Source: Cyanobacteriota bacterium (GTDB lineage Bacteria; Cyanobacteriota; Cyanobacteriia; Thermostichales; Thermostichaceae). Taken from it: a stretch of 64,000 nt of DNA. The first letter of the stretch is position 1; every line of letters starts with the position of its first letter. The notes below the pieces were generated by a model. It had not been told where the DNA came from, searched no databases, and saw nothing but the letters and a program-made list of their open reading frames with translations. Position numbers and translations under genes: made by a program. Shown piece by piece: positions 30,724-41,135 of the stretch. Location of the stretch: contig JANRIL010000038.1 in NCBI GenBank assembly GCA_033764955.1, positions 64,001 through 128,000 of the forward strand. The letters run 5' to 3'.

Positions 30724-31772
30724 GCGTCTAGCAACACTTGCCGATGCTGCTCAGCCTGACTTGCCCAGGTTTGGCGCTCCTCCCACGACAGCGGGGATCC
30801 CTCGTAATAGTGGTGTAACCAGGCTTCTTGGATCGAATCGGCCTCCCCAGGGAGTTCTTCCAGATCCCATCCCGGCATGTCGAGTGCCGTCAACAAATGA
30901 CGCACCTTGGGGTCATAACTCACCGCAAAACAACGGCAGCCTTCCGCCGCCGCCATCACCAAGCCGTGATAACGCATCGTAATAGTCAGGCGCATTTTGC
31001 CCAAAAAGCCCTTCAGGTAACGGGGATCCCGTAGTAGTAGAAGATGGCTGGGGTTGGGCAACTGGGCTTGCAACTGTTCGGCCAACTGCTGATCGGGGCT
31101 AGGGGGAGCATGGGGGGCGGCCAACTGAAAGGGCACGAAGAAGAGGGGAGCTTCTGTCTTAGCTTGCAATCGTTGTAAAGCAGTGCGGATGACGGCCAAA
31201 CGAGCTGGGGTGAGATGGGGATGGGTGCGTAAAACCACAGCTATGCCGCCCTCAGGCCAATCGACCCCAGCCGGATCGGCTAACCCCTGCAACGCCCACA
31301 CCGGATCGGGAGCCAGTTGATAAGGGATCCCCCATCCCTCAAGCAATTGAGCCGCCGCCTGATCGCGTACACTCACCCCCTGACAACCGGCTAAGCAGGC
31401 GCGTGTCCAGGCTCGATTCCACGGGCGATCAAGGGGACCAATCCCCTGTGCCCAAGCGAGGGTTCGCACCCCCCGCTGCTGCGCCATTGTCATCACGGCC
31501 AAATAATAAAGGGGACTGCGCCAACTGCTGCGATCCTGCAATAAACTTCCCCCTCCCCAAACAAACAGGTCAGCAGCCCCCAAAAGCCGCCACAGTTCCG
31601 GCAGGCTCCAACGGGAAGCACTCAACACCGGATAGGTGGCTGCGGTTACTTGCGGTTGATCCGACAACACACAGGGTTGATAGTGCTCCGGCAACATCTG
31701 CAAGAGGCTGAGCAAGAGCGCTTCATCTCCCGCATTGCCGAACCCGTAATAGCCTAAAATCACAACTCGCAT
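30720..31772 (-). CDS. csaB: Polysaccharide pyruvyl transferase
   Basis: GYYGFGNAGDEALL, GGGSLLQD, AQGIGPL, SVRD, MRYHG, SYDPKV. Confidence 0.93.
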   Translation of the reverse strand: MRVVILGYYGFGNAGDEALLLSLLQMLPEHYQPCVLSDQPQVTAATYPVLSASRWSLPELWRLLGAADLFVWGGGSLLQDRSSWRSPLYYLAVMTMAQQRGVRTLAWAQGIGPLDRPWNRAWTRACLAGCQGVSVRDQAAAQLLEGWGIPYQLAPDPVWALQGLADPAGVDWPEGGIAVVLRTHPHLTPARLAVIRTALQRLQAKTEAPLFFVPFQLAAPHAPPSPDQQLAEQLQAQLPNPSHLLLLRDPRYLKGFLGKMRLTITMRYHGLVMAAAEGCRCFAVSYDPKVRHLLTALDMPGWDLEELPGEADSIQEAWLHHYYEGSPLSWEERQTWASQAEQHRQVLLDA

Positions 31773-31834
31773 GGTGCGGATCCCTCTGGGAACTTCGAGG
31801 CGGTCAATCCGGGTTTTTATCCCTAACCAGCTCA

Positions 31835-33580
31835 CTAGCTGACAAAGGTATCGATGGCATCAGATTGATTGACTTCAAAACGGATTTGGTTTCGCCCTGC
31901 CCCCTTGGCCTCATAGAGAGCATGATCGGCGGCGGCAATCAGGTCTTCGGGGCTGTATTTTTGATCAAAAAAGGCTGTGGCGATGCCTTGGCTAAGGGTA
32001 ACATGGCTATCCACCAGGGAGTCTTCGTGGGGGAGTTGCAAGCTGCGTACTTCTGTCTGGATAGTTCTGGCCACCTGAAGCGCTCCTTCCAGATGGGTAT
32101 TGGGCAGAATCACCGCAAACTCCTCCCCTCCATAGCGAGCGACCAGATCACGGGGGCGCTTGGTGGCTCGGCTGATGGCTTGGGCAATTTGTTGCAGGCA
32201 TTCATCTCCCTGTTGATGGCCGTAAGCATCGTTATAAAGTTTGAAACAATCCACGTCACAAAGAATAAGGCTGAGGGGTTCTTGAAATTCTTTCATGCGC
32301 TGCCACTCCTGTTGTAGGTAGCTATCGAAGCGGCGACGATTGGCAATGCGGGTTAACCCATCCAAAATAGAGAGGCGCACCAGTTCTTGATTGGCTTTTT
32401 GCAGAGCGGCTTCAATGCGTTGACGCTCCTGAATCTCCGATTGCAGTTGTTGAACTTTGTCCTCCATGCCTGTGTAGAGACGGCGTAGGCGCTGGGTCAT
32501 TTGGTTGAAAGCTTGCGCCAACACTCCGATTTCGTCCTGGGTGACCACCGGAGCTGTCAGGGTTAAATCTCCAGCCGCAACCTTCGTGGCAGCCTCCGTA
32601 ATACGCAAGATCGGATAGGCAATTTGCCGAGCTATCCAGAATACTCCTGCCATGAGCAAAGTGGTCACTAGTAACCCCGTTAGGAGAATGGTCAAAAATA
32701 AGCTGCGAGCTGGATAGAAGGCGATAGCGGTCGGTTCTTCCACCAACAACGCCAGTTCACGCCCCGCCAACCAGCGATAGACGCCCATCACTTCCATGCC
32801 CCGATAGTTGAGATAAATTCCCTCTCCACTGTTGCCGGCGATGGCGGCATCAATGCCTGGGCTGCGGATCCCTAGTGGAAAGTCAGGACTACCAAAGCGA
32901 TCTCCGGCAATCAAGGTATGGTAGGGATCCACCAGATAGGTTTGGGTGGTTTCTCCGGGACGGGGATCCCCCTGCAAAACCCGCAGCATTTTTACCAGAT
33001 CGAGGTGGGTTGCCAACACCCCTACCGGTTTGCCGCTTGTCTCCAGAAGAGGGGTTGCGATGGTGATGGTGGGGTGGGCGGTGACTGGGGAAGCATAGAC
33101 ATTTTGTAGATAGGTTGTTTGTTGACCTTGTACAAAATAGGGATCCTGGGCGCGATGTTGACCTTCATGCCCTTTGTTCGTCGAAACCACCACTTGCCCA
33201 TCGGTGGCATTGAGGATCCCTATTTCTGTAAATTCGGGCCGACTACTTAAAGCAGCCGCTAAATATTGGGATAAGAGGCGGTAAGCGGTTTGGGATTCCG
33301 AAGTAGTCTGGGTAGGCTGTTTGAGTAAGATGGCTGCTTGGGTGCGAATTTCGGGTAGTTGGGCTAAAGCTAAGGTGGCCTCCTGTTGGCTATCAATCCA
33401 GAGATTGAGGGTATCTGCCTTCAAATTGGCGGTGGCATTGAGACTCTCAAATAAAACTTCCTCCAAATCAGCGCGGGCTTGCATAAAAGTCAATCCACCC
33501 ACAATGCCCACCAACAGCAGGGACAGCAGAGAATAGTAAAGAATCAGCTTGACAATCAAGCTTTGAAAGGCTGCCTTCAC
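31835..33580 (-). CDS. Membrane diguanylate cyclase (Cache-HAMP-GGDEF)
   Basis: 2 TM, DEIGVLAQAFNQM HAMP, DGLTRIANRR, RPRD I-site, RYGGEEF. Confidence 0.93.
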   Translation of the reverse strand: MKAAFQSLIVKLILYYSLLSLLLVGIVGGLTFMQARADLEEVLFESLNATANLKADTLNLWIDSQQEATLALAQLPEIRTQAAILLKQPTQTTSESQTAYRLLSQYLAAALSSRPEFTEIGILNATDGQVVVSTNKGHEGQHRAQDPYFVQGQQTTYLQNVYASPVTAHPTITIATPLLETSGKPVGVLATHLDLVKMLRVLQGDPRPGETTQTYLVDPYHTLIAGDRFGSPDFPLGIRSPGIDAAIAGNSGEGIYLNYRGMEVMGVYRWLAGRELALLVEEPTAIAFYPARSLFLTILLTGLLVTTLLMAGVFWIARQIAYPILRITEAATKVAAGDLTLTAPVVTQDEIGVLAQAFNQMTQRLRRLYTGMEDKVQQLQSEIQERQRIEAALQKANQELVRLSILDGLTRIANRRRFDSYLQQEWQRMKEFQEPLSLILCDVDCFKLYNDAYGHQQGDECLQQIAQAISRATKRPRDLVARYGGEEFAVILPNTHLEGALQVARTIQTEVRSLQLPHEDSLVDSHVTLSQGIATAFFDQKYSPEDLIAAADHALYEAKGAGRNQIRFEVNQSDAIDTFVS

Positions 33581-33673
33581 AAACTGACCTACGGAAAATA
33601 CAGGGTGGCCTTTGACCTATCCGGAAATAGGGATCCAGATCCCCATCGTCTGATTTTATCCCTTCGCTGAGGC

Positions 33674-35365
33674 TTAACGAGCCGTGCGGGTGATCTGCCA
33701 ACTTAAAATGATCACGGGCAACAAACCCACCGCCACAATCGCTAGGGCTGGGCCTGCTGCTTCGGTCAAGCGTTCGTCAGCAGCCAGTTGATAGGCGCGC
33801 ACCGCCAACGTGTCAAAGTTGAAGGGACGGATCACCATCGTGGCGGGCAGTTCCTTCATCACATCCACAAAGACCAAGAGAGCAGACGTCAGCAGGCTAC
33901 CCCCCAAGAGTGGCGCATGAATCCGCCGCAAAATCTGGCCGGCATCCCCACCCAGGCTACGGGCGGCCTCGTCCAAATGGGGTTTGATTTTGGTCAAACC
34001 TGCTTCTACAGTATGAAAGGCCACCGCCAAAAACCGCACAAGATAGGCAAAAATGAGGGCTGTGATCGTCCCACTCAGCAGTAGCCCTGTGGAAACCCCC
34101 AGGTATTGCCGCATCCAACCATCCACCCAGTTATCTAGGCGGCCCAGTGGGATCAAGACCCCCACGGCGATTACGGATCCCGGAAGGGCATACCCCATGG
34201 CGGCCAACCGTACCGTCAACTGAAGACTCACGACCGGATAGAGCCGCACCCCATAGGCCATTAACAGCGCCAAAACCACTGCCAGACAGGCACTTATTCC
34301 GGCTAGCAGCAAACTGTGGGATCCATATAGCCAGGTGCGGGCATTCAAGGTTTGGGAGGGATTTTCTAGGGCGAGCCGTAGGAGCAATCCGGCGGGCAGG
34401 AGAAACCCCAGCAGGATCGGGATCCCGCAGGCCAAACCCGCTGCCCACGCCCGTAGACCCTTGAGGGGGTATCGGGGTAGGGGGTGTTGTCCCCCCACTT
34501 GGTGATAGCGGGCGCGCTGGCGGAAGACTTGTTCGATCAACAATAAAATCAGGACAAACAACAACAAGAAAGCCGCTAACTGAGCCGCCGCCACCCGCTC
34601 CCCAAAGCCAAACCAAGTGCGATAAATGCCCGTCGTAAAGGTTTCGACCCCAAAATACTGCACCGTGCCAAAGTCATTGAGGGTTTCCATGAGGGCGAGC
34701 GCCAGACCAGCCACGACAGAGGGACGGGCTAACGGCAATGCAACCCGCCAAAAGCTGCGCCACGGCCCCTGCCCCAACGAACGGCTCACCTCCAAAATGC
34801 AGGTGGATTGCTCCAAAAAGGCCACCCGTGCCACCAGATAGACATAGGGATAGAGGACTAGCGTCAGTAGCGCCATAGCTCCCGGCAAGGAGCGAATATT
34901 GGGGAACCAATAGTCGTGGACGCTCCAACCCAACCACTGGCGTAATTGAGTTTGTAGGGGGCCGGTAAATTGCAGAAAATCAGTATAGACATAGGCCAAA
35001 ACGTAGGCAGGAGCGGCTAGGGGCAGCAGTAATCCCCACTCCATCCATCCTCGCATCGGGAACTGACACATGCTGACCAGCCAAGCGGTGGTCACCCCGA
35101 TCACTAGGGATCCTATCCCCACCCCCAGCATCAAAAGCAGAGAGTTGCGGATGTAGCGACCCAGCACCGTATCCACCAAATGCTGCCAGATCTGATGGGT
35201 ATCACTCCATACACTGCTCACCACAAACAGTACAGGCACTAACACCAACCCAGCCAATAATCCCGTCAGCAGGAGCCAGCCCAGGGATCCCATGGGGAAC
35301 CAGAGGGATTTCCGCCAACCCGCGAAGGACGGGGGAAGGGGAGGATTAGGGATCCCGTCATGCAT
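33674..35365 (-). CDS. futB: Fe(III) ABC transporter permease (FutB/IdiB-type)
   Basis: PLAAPAYVLAY, duplicated EAA loops, FVDVMKELPAT, RPFNFDTLA; start uncertain. Confidence 0.88.
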   Translation of the reverse strand: MHDGIPNPPLPPSFAGWRKSLWFPMGSLGWLLLTGLLAGLVLVPVLFVVSSVWSDTHQIWQHLVDTVLGRYIRNSLLLMLGVGIGSLVIGVTTAWLVSMCQFPMRGWMEWGLLLPLAAPAYVLAYVYTDFLQFTGPLQTQLRQWLGWSVHDYWFPNIRSLPGAMALLTLVLYPYVYLVARVAFLEQSTCILEVSRSLGQGPWRSFWRVALPLARPSVVAGLALALMETLNDFGTVQYFGVETFTTGIYRTWFGFGERVAAAQLAAFLLLFVLILLLIEQVFRQRARYHQVGGQHPLPRYPLKGLRAWAAGLACGIPILLGFLLPAGLLLRLALENPSQTLNARTWLYGSHSLLLAGISACLAVVLALLMAYGVRLYPVVSLQLTVRLAAMGYALPGSVIAVGVLIPLGRLDNWVDGWMRQYLGVSTGLLLSGTITALIFAYLVRFLAVAFHTVEAGLTKIKPHLDEAARSLGGDAGQILRRIHAPLLGGSLLTSALLVFVDVMKELPATMVIRPFNFDTLAVRAYQLAADERLTEAAGPALAIVAVGLLPVIILSWQITRTAR

Positions 35366-35495
35366 GCTCGAACTACTCCCGATGTTTTCCCTGAGTGCAG
35401 GCAATCTTTAGCTATGGGGCCACTATCGCAGGCAACCTGGAGGGCAATGGCAATAGGGTACGAGACTTGGTTGGGGAGGACTCTCCCTCGGTTAA

Positions 35496-35954
35496 TCAGG
35501 ATAGCCCCTCGTTCTTCCGGATCCACTCCGCTAGGGATCCCAGCCAGAATTCCAGCCCTTCCCCAAGCTTGCGATTGAACAGCCCACGCAATAGCCAGGG
35601 AAGGAACCCACGCATTTCCTCCTGAACAATGACTTCGGTTGTTGTTGGAGATAGGGCGATAAGTTGCCACTCATTGTGAGCCGTTACCCCCCAAGCCTTG
35701 CCAACAACGGCAAACCTGTGAGGATGGCTCAACTCCACGACCTCCGCCAGGATGCGAGTTCCGTCGTTACTATACTCAAACCGCTTGCCAACCTCCAGAG
35801 GTGGCACAAACCTCATATCTCTAACCCGTGAATACCAAGTTGGCCACTCACCAATTCGGGTGAGCTGATCCCACACCACTTCAATCGGGGCAGAGATTAT
35901 CTGACGGCGCTTCTGTAGAACTACTGACATTAATCTCCCTGTAGCCTGAGTCAT
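35496..35954 (-). CDS. SRPBCC/polyketide cyclase-like protein
   Basis: ISAPIEVVW..L..IGEWPTW pattern. Confidence 0.85.
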   Translation of the reverse strand: MTQATGRLMSVVLQKRRQIISAPIEVVWDQLTRIGEWPTWYSRVRDMRFVPPLEVGKRFEYSNDGTRILAEVVELSHPHRFAVVGKAWGVTAHNEWQLIALSPTTTEVIVQEEMRGFLPWLLRGLFNRKLGEGLEFWLGSLAEWIRKNEGLS

Positions 35955-36275
35955 GGTTAGCTTGGCTGAAAATGCGGCAGTCTGGCCAACCTGTCAAATC
36001 TCTACTATCCTGGGGTTTGACATTTCTGAGCTTGCCATTAAATCAACCATAGTTTTGCTTGTTGAAAAAAAGTTCATCCTGAGATGGCGGAGGAAATCTT
36101 TCCCATCATTCTTGTAGTAATCCCGACCCTTATTTTACCTATCCTAAGCAATACCTGTGTTTTCAGATCAAGTGTTAACGAACCCACGGAATACGCCACT
36201 CACCCACGGGGTGAGGATGGATAGCTGACAACCCCAACCTTTCAGATATCGATTAGAGCGAGCCGTAGGCCAAGA

Positions 36276-37196
36276 CTATTTGAAGCGGCGCATTCCTCGG
36301 CTGAGGGGATCAAATCCATCATCAAATTGGGTTTTATGGTCAAAACTTGCTCCCCAGAGGGTGGCTCGCTCCAGGTTGGATCCCTTGAGAGAGGCTCCAT
36401 TCAAATCGGCACACCACAGATAGGCCATCCACAAATTCGCCTGGGTGCAATCCGCCGAGCGCAGGTTCGCCGAGCGCAGCTCCACCGCTCTCAGATCGGC
36501 CTCCAGCAATTTGGCTCGGCTGAGATTAGCCTTGCTCAGATAGGCTCCCCAAAGAATGGCTTTGCTGAGATCAGCGTCGCTCAGGTCAGCATCGCTCAGA
36601 TTGGCTTCGCTCAAATTGGCTTCGCTTAAGTTGCTTTTGTTGAGATAAGCCAACCAGAGATTTGAGCCACTCAGGTTTGCTTTCGACAAATTGGCGGAGC
36701 GCAGATCCACACCGCGCAGGTCAGCCTTACTCAAATCTGCTTTATAAAGACAGGAGCGCCAGAGGGTAGCCCCCCAGAGATCGGCTCCACTCAAGCAGGA
36801 GGCCGTCAAGTCACTGGAAAACAAATTCGCTTCCCCCAAGTTAGCACCGCTTAAGTCGGTTTCTCGGATCGCCGCCTCGCTCAGATTGGCTCCTTTGAGG
36901 GAGGCTCCACTCAACCCCGCCCCACTTAAATCGGCTCCGCTCAAACTCGCACCACTCAAATCCGCCAGCCAAAGGTTGGTTCCTGCCAGATTGGCTCGGC
37001 TCAAAAACGCCTCAAAGAGATTGATGCCACTTAGATCCAAACCGCTGAGATCGGCTCCAAACAAATTGGCTCGCTCGAAGTCGCGTTCTCCCGCCTCAAA
37101 GCGACGCAACAACTCATCAGCATTACTGACATGATGGGAATTTTGAGTCACGTTGAGCATGGGGGGAAGGGGAGGAGGTAACCTTTGTTCTATCAT
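36276..37196 (-). CDS. Pentapeptide repeat protein
   Basis: ELLRRFEAGERDF followed by many A[DN]L[SR]x repeats. Confidence 0.95.
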   Translation of the reverse strand: MIEQRLPPPLPPMLNVTQNSHHVSNADELLRRFEAGERDFERANLFGADLSGLDLSGINLFEAFLSRANLAGTNLWLADLSGASLSGADLSGAGLSGASLKGANLSEAAIRETDLSGANLGEANLFSSDLTASCLSGADLWGATLWRSCLYKADLSKADLRGVDLRSANLSKANLSGSNLWLAYLNKSNLSEANLSEANLSDADLSDADLSKAILWGAYLSKANLSRAKLLEADLRAVELRSANLRSADCTQANLWMAYLWCADLNGASLKGSNLERATLWGASFDHKTQFDDGFDPLSRGMRRFK

Positions 37197-37305
37197 GCTG
37201 GCTTACTTGGGCGGATCCACAAAAAAGATTCGGAATCACCCCCAAGGAAGCGGCGAGGCCGAACGATAGAAACCCTTTTGATGCCAGTCTGGGTAACTCA
37301 GCCAT

Positions 37306-37917
37306 TCACGATAGCGGGATCCAAGGAGAAAAATCTTCTTTTTTGACAAACTGAAAAGGTCCAGATAGGGATCCCCAGATGACTTTGTCGGTGACGGGAT
37401 CGCGGCCTTGGTCGAGGCTATGAAAATAGCTTTCCGCGATCGTAAATTCACTGTGCAGATAGGTTTCTTGCTCTTTGCGAAAAACTCGACAGGTTTTGCC
37501 GGGAATCGAGCAACCTTGAAAAATTTCTCCCGTCCACATAACCTGGGTCACACAACCAGTTAGGAGATCCAATTCGTCAGCAGTTAACCCGTGGAGGCGA
37601 CTCCGATCCTGACCCGCTCCTACCCAGCGCTGGGGATGAATCAGGCCATAGTTTTGAATCTGGATCCCCTCGGCAGTTTCCCCCAGAGCCAGCACCCGTT
37701 GCCGATAGGGTTGATCGGGATAAATATCATAGGTTTGCTCCACATAAAACCCCAATCCCCCCACAACCGAGAGGGGTAGCGGACATTGGTAGACATGGAT
37801 GTTGGCAAACCAGACCGGTTCGGCAATCGCTTGGGCAAAGTTGTTGAAGTGCCCTGCCATCCACACCGCTAGCTGTCGCAGCAAAGGAGAGGGATCCGAG
37901 AAAGTGGCCGAGGTCAT
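37306..37917 (-). CDS. cpcT: CpcT/CpeT-family phycobilin lyase
   Basis: MAGHFNN..QA...P.WFANI, EQTY...PYRQRV, SLDQGRD...IWGS..GPF. Confidence 0.88.
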   Translation of the reverse strand: MTSATFSDPSPLLRQLAVWMAGHFNNFAQAIAEPVWFANIHVYQCPLPLSVVGGLGFYVEQTYDIYPDQPYRQRVLALGETAEGIQIQNYGLIHPQRWVGAGQDRSRLHGLTADELDLLTGCVTQVMWTGEIFQGCSIPGKTCRVFRKEQETYLHSEFTIAESYFHSLDQGRDPVTDKVIWGSLSGPFQFVKKEDFSPWIPLS

Positions 37918-40307
37918 GGGGAAATCGCCGCGTCGTCACGTTCTAGCATAGCGGCTACGGTTTCATAGCTACTGCCATACCAGCGTTGCAGTTTCTCCAA
38001 TTCTTCGGCCAGGGATCCGGTGGGCGGAAAGGTTTCACAGGGATAGTGCAGCGCCCGCAGGCCCGCCACCAGGGTAGACGGAGCCAGCCACCATTGTTGG
38101 GCTAGGCGCAACAGATCGACTTGATCATGGCTTTGCAGATGGTGGTGCAGTTGACGGCGGATCCCTTCCGGGGGCAGTAGGGGGACGACCTGCTGATGCA
38201 CATAAACCCGTAGCTGCTCTCCGGTGGGGGGGGTAGAGGCCAATAGCCAAGCCAAATGGGTGATCGAGGGGGGCCAACTCCAGAGGAAGAGATGGTCATA
38301 GTGATAGCCCCCTTGGGGACGGTCGTAGTGTAGGGTTAGCCCCTGATCGGGATCCCCCTGAGGGGAGGGGGTTTGCGGCACCTGCGGACGGCGATAACCG
38401 TAGAGCAAAGCAGTGCCCTGGCAAGTGGGCAAGAGGATGGACAGGCGATCCAGGGGGTGCCAGTGCAGGCGGTGGGGAATGGGGGGAGCCGGACGATAAA
38501 CAATCGTCGGGTGAGGGGTGAGGGCGTTTGCTGGGGAGGAAGTGGGGGTAGGCATGGGCGGGGACACAGGCAAGCGGGGTAAATCCGATGAACTGGCTTG
38601 AATGCCTTTGATCTGAAGTTGCAATTCCGTTTCTCCCTGCCAGTGATGGAGGGTGAGGCTATAGGCCAAATGAACGGAACGGGGCAGCGGATAAGCCATC
38701 CCATATTTCCAGGCAATCCCCGAAAATGGGCGTCCTCCCTGGGGATCCCGCACCTGCACGCGCAGATGAGATCCCTCCCGTCCGAAGGTGGATTGGCGGA
38801 TAACCTGGAGATGGCGGCTAGAGAAGACGGGTTCTTGATTGCCAATGCCGCAGGGTTGCAACTGCTGGATTTGTTGATAGAGATCCATCGTCATGGCGTT
38901 CAGATCGGTTTCGGCATCAATCACCACCAGGGGTTGAATATGATCCGCCTCCAGGCAGGTTTGGGCATAGTGGCGCAGGGCTTCTTCCAGGGCAGGCCAT
39001 TGCTCCGCCATCATGCTAAATCCGCCCGCCGCAGTATGTCCGCCGTGTTTGAGAAAGAGGTGTTGACAACTTTCTAGCGCCTGAAAAACATGGAATTCTG
39101 GGATCCCGCGGGCTGAGCCACGAATTTCCCCTTTGGCGGTGGATCCAATAAAGACGGGGGCACCGTAGCGTTCCACAAGGCGAGAGGCCACAATCCCGAT
39201 CACCCCATGATGCCAGTCTGTGCCCAAGACCGTCAGCACCCGCTCGGTTTGGGGATCCCAACCGGAGGCCTCAATCTGTTCAATAGCGGCCTCCTCAATT
39301 TCCCGACAAAGGCGTTGGCGCTCTTGGTTAAGGGCTTCACACTCCTGGGCTAAGGTTTGCGCGTGGACGGGATCATCGGTGGTCAGCAAATCAATCACCA
39401 CCTGCGGCTGAGCCAAACGTCCCACTGCGTTGATGCGCGGACCTAAGCCAAAACCAATCGCCTCCGGTTGCAGATCCCGCTGCTGATCCAATCCGGTCAC
39501 CCGCAGCAGGGCTTGAATGCCAGGAATCTGGGAACTGGGGAGGAGTTGCAGCCCCTGCTTGACCCACAGCCGATTTACCCCCGTCAGCGGAGCCAGATCG
39601 GCAATCGTCCCTAAAGTAAACAGCTCCAGGAGGGGGCGCTGCAAGGTGATGGGATCCCCCATTCGCTCGCAGAGGTGCAGAGCCAGCAAATAGGCCACAC
39701 CGACCCCCGCCATCCCCTGATAGGGAGAGGGATCCGCAATCAACTTAGGATTCAAGATGGCATCGGCAGGCGGCAACATCGTCGGCAGGTCATGGTGATC
39801 CGTGACAATCACCGTCAATCCCAGTTGTTTCGCTCGCTCAATCGCCGCCACCGCCGCAATGCCATTGTCTACCGTGATGATCAAACCCACCCCTGACGCC
39901 GCCAAATCTTCAACCATTCGCTGATTCAGACCGTAGCCCTCGGTCATGCGGCTAGGAATCTGATAATCGGCTGCGCCTCCCCAAAAGCGTAGGGTACGCA
40001 ACAGGAGTGCCGTGCTGGTCATGCCATCCGCGTCATAATCTCCACAAATGGCCATTTTTTGCTGATCCGCAAGCGCCTGCTGCAAAAGATCGACGCAGAA
40101 GGACAAATCGACAAAATCGCGGGTGGGATCCGGCAGTTGGGTAGGTGTGGATCCCAAAAAGTGAGCAATCTCTTCGCTGTCTCGCAAACCGCGATTGAGC
40201 AAAACCTGGGCAACGAGAGGATACAGATAGGTCTGGCGAGCGATCTCTGCCGCTTGCTCCACTTGAGGTGGATACTGTTGCCAACGTTGGGGAGGCAAGC
40301 TAGCCAT
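37914..40307 (-). CDS. recJ: ssDNA-specific exonuclease RecJ with C-terminal extension
   Basis: GDYDADG, TVDNG, TDHH, GPRINAVGRL, HHGVIGIVAS, GGH. Confidence 0.95.
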   Translation of the reverse strand: MASLPPQRWQQYPPQVEQAAEIARQTYLYPLVAQVLLNRGLRDSEEIAHFLGSTPTQLPDPTRDFVDLSFCVDLLQQALADQQKMAICGDYDADGMTSTALLLRTLRFWGGAADYQIPSRMTEGYGLNQRMVEDLAASGVGLIITVDNGIAAVAAIERAKQLGLTVIVTDHHDLPTMLPPADAILNPKLIADPSPYQGMAGVGVAYLLALHLCERMGDPITLQRPLLELFTLGTIADLAPLTGVNRLWVKQGLQLLPSSQIPGIQALLRVTGLDQQRDLQPEAIGFGLGPRINAVGRLAQPQVVIDLLTTDDPVHAQTLAQECEALNQERQRLCREIEEAAIEQIEASGWDPQTERVLTVLGTDWHHGVIGIVASRLVERYGAPVFIGSTAKGEIRGSARGIPEFHVFQALESCQHLFLKHGGHTAAGGFSMMAEQWPALEEALRHYAQTCLEADHIQPLVVIDAETDLNAMTMDLYQQIQQLQPCGIGNQEPVFSSRHLQVIRQSTFGREGSHLRVQVRDPQGGRPFSGIAWKYGMAYPLPRSVHLAYSLTLHHWQGETELQLQIKGIQASSSDLPRLPVSPPMPTPTSSPANALTPHPTIVYRPAPPIPHRLHWHPLDRLSILLPTCQGTALLYGYRRPQVPQTPSPQGDPDQGLTLHYDRPQGGYHYDHLFLWSWPPSITHLAWLLASTPPTGEQLRVYVHQQVVPLLPPEGIRRQLHHHLQSHDQVDLLRLAQQWWLAPSTLVAGLRALHYPCETFPPTGSLAEELEKLQRWYGSSYETVAAMLERDDAAISP

Positions 40308-40851
40308 GTGGTGGGATCCCTGGTTGAGGTTGCCGCGACCAACAATAGCCGCAAACATACCAACGATTGAGTTCCGCTTCAGGAGCAGGACAACGGCACT
40401 GGGGGCAGGGGGGCATCTTTAACTGGGTCTGTTTGACGTGCCTAGCCCAGCGCTCAAAAGCTTCTTGGGGGGTAGCGGCGGGATCCTCTACTGACTCCTT
40501 TTTGGCTCTGGCTGGCTCATGAACCCTGCCCAAGGACGGGGGGGTATGGGACAAGGCTTGACGATGCCATTCAGCGGGGGAAAAGCGGATATCCCGCAAC
40601 GAAGCGGACAAGGCGGCATTGAGCTTGCTGAGGATGAGGGGGCGCTGAAAGGCCAAGTTTTGTGCCCAGGCGGAAGTAGAGGTAGCCACCTGCAAAACCT
40701 GCTTCTGGATGCTGACCGGATGGGTATGGGCAGACACCGCCACTCCGACCACTTGCGGCCAAATCTGGGTGACCCTGCCCAACAAACGATAATCCGCCCA
40801 ATGGGGATCCCTTTGGACTTGTTGCAAAACCTGATCCAGAGAACTCAACAC
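40300..40851 (-). CDS. DUF721/DciA family protein with C-terminal Zn finger
   Basis: W..VVG..V..HT.P, V...SAWAQNL.F; CPQC...CGYC; GTG at 40851 preferred over the track start. Confidence 0.85.
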   Translation of the reverse strand: MLSSLDQVLQQVQRDPHWADYRLLGRVTQIWPQVVGVAVSAHTHPVSIQKQVLQVATSTSAWAQNLAFQRPLILSKLNAALSASLRDIRFSPAEWHRQALSHTPPSLGRVHEPARAKKESVEDPAATPQEAFERWARHVKQTQLKMPPCPQCRCPAPEAELNRWYVCGYCWSRQPQPGIPPHG

Positions 40852-40889
40852 AGAAGGATCCCGACCATCCTTACGAGAATAGCTCCAGG

Positions 40890-40985
40890 CTAGCCCCCAT
40901 AGGCAAAGGTAACCAGCAACAAAACCGACAACAGAATGCCCGGACTGAGCAGAAGAATTAATTCCAGCAATTCGTGGGTAGGCAT
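40890..40985 (-). CDS. 31-aa membrane micro-protein, Norf4-like (MPTHELLELILLLSPGILLSVLLLVTFAYGG)
   Basis: Manual translation; length and PGILLS...FAxGG pattern match my recollection of Synechocystis Norf4. Confidence 0.7.
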   Translation of the reverse strand: MPTHELLELILLLSPGILLSVLLLVTFAYGG

Positions 40986-41135
40986 GATGGCTCACGGAAA
41001 TTAGGATACAACGCGCAGGCATGGGGATGGGTGTCGTCCCCCCTTGTTTGTTTTTAGGATCCGGTACAATCAGCCCAGACAAGGCAAATCTTTAGGGTTT
41101 ATTCCGCTCTGCTCATCGGCAGACATTCAAGACAA

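Noticed and set aside
36276..37100. 15-nt periodic DNA repeats
   Set aside because: Fully explained by the pentapeptide-repeat protein
41047..41060. NtcA site upstream of the Norf4-like ORF (GTA-N8-TAA on the minus strand)
   Set aside because: Mismatch in TAC, no properly spaced -10, and the core is just a GGATCC site
40852..41082. Extended N-terminus of the DUF721 ORF
   Set aside because: Non-conserved-looking sequence that overlaps the better-supported 31-aa ORF
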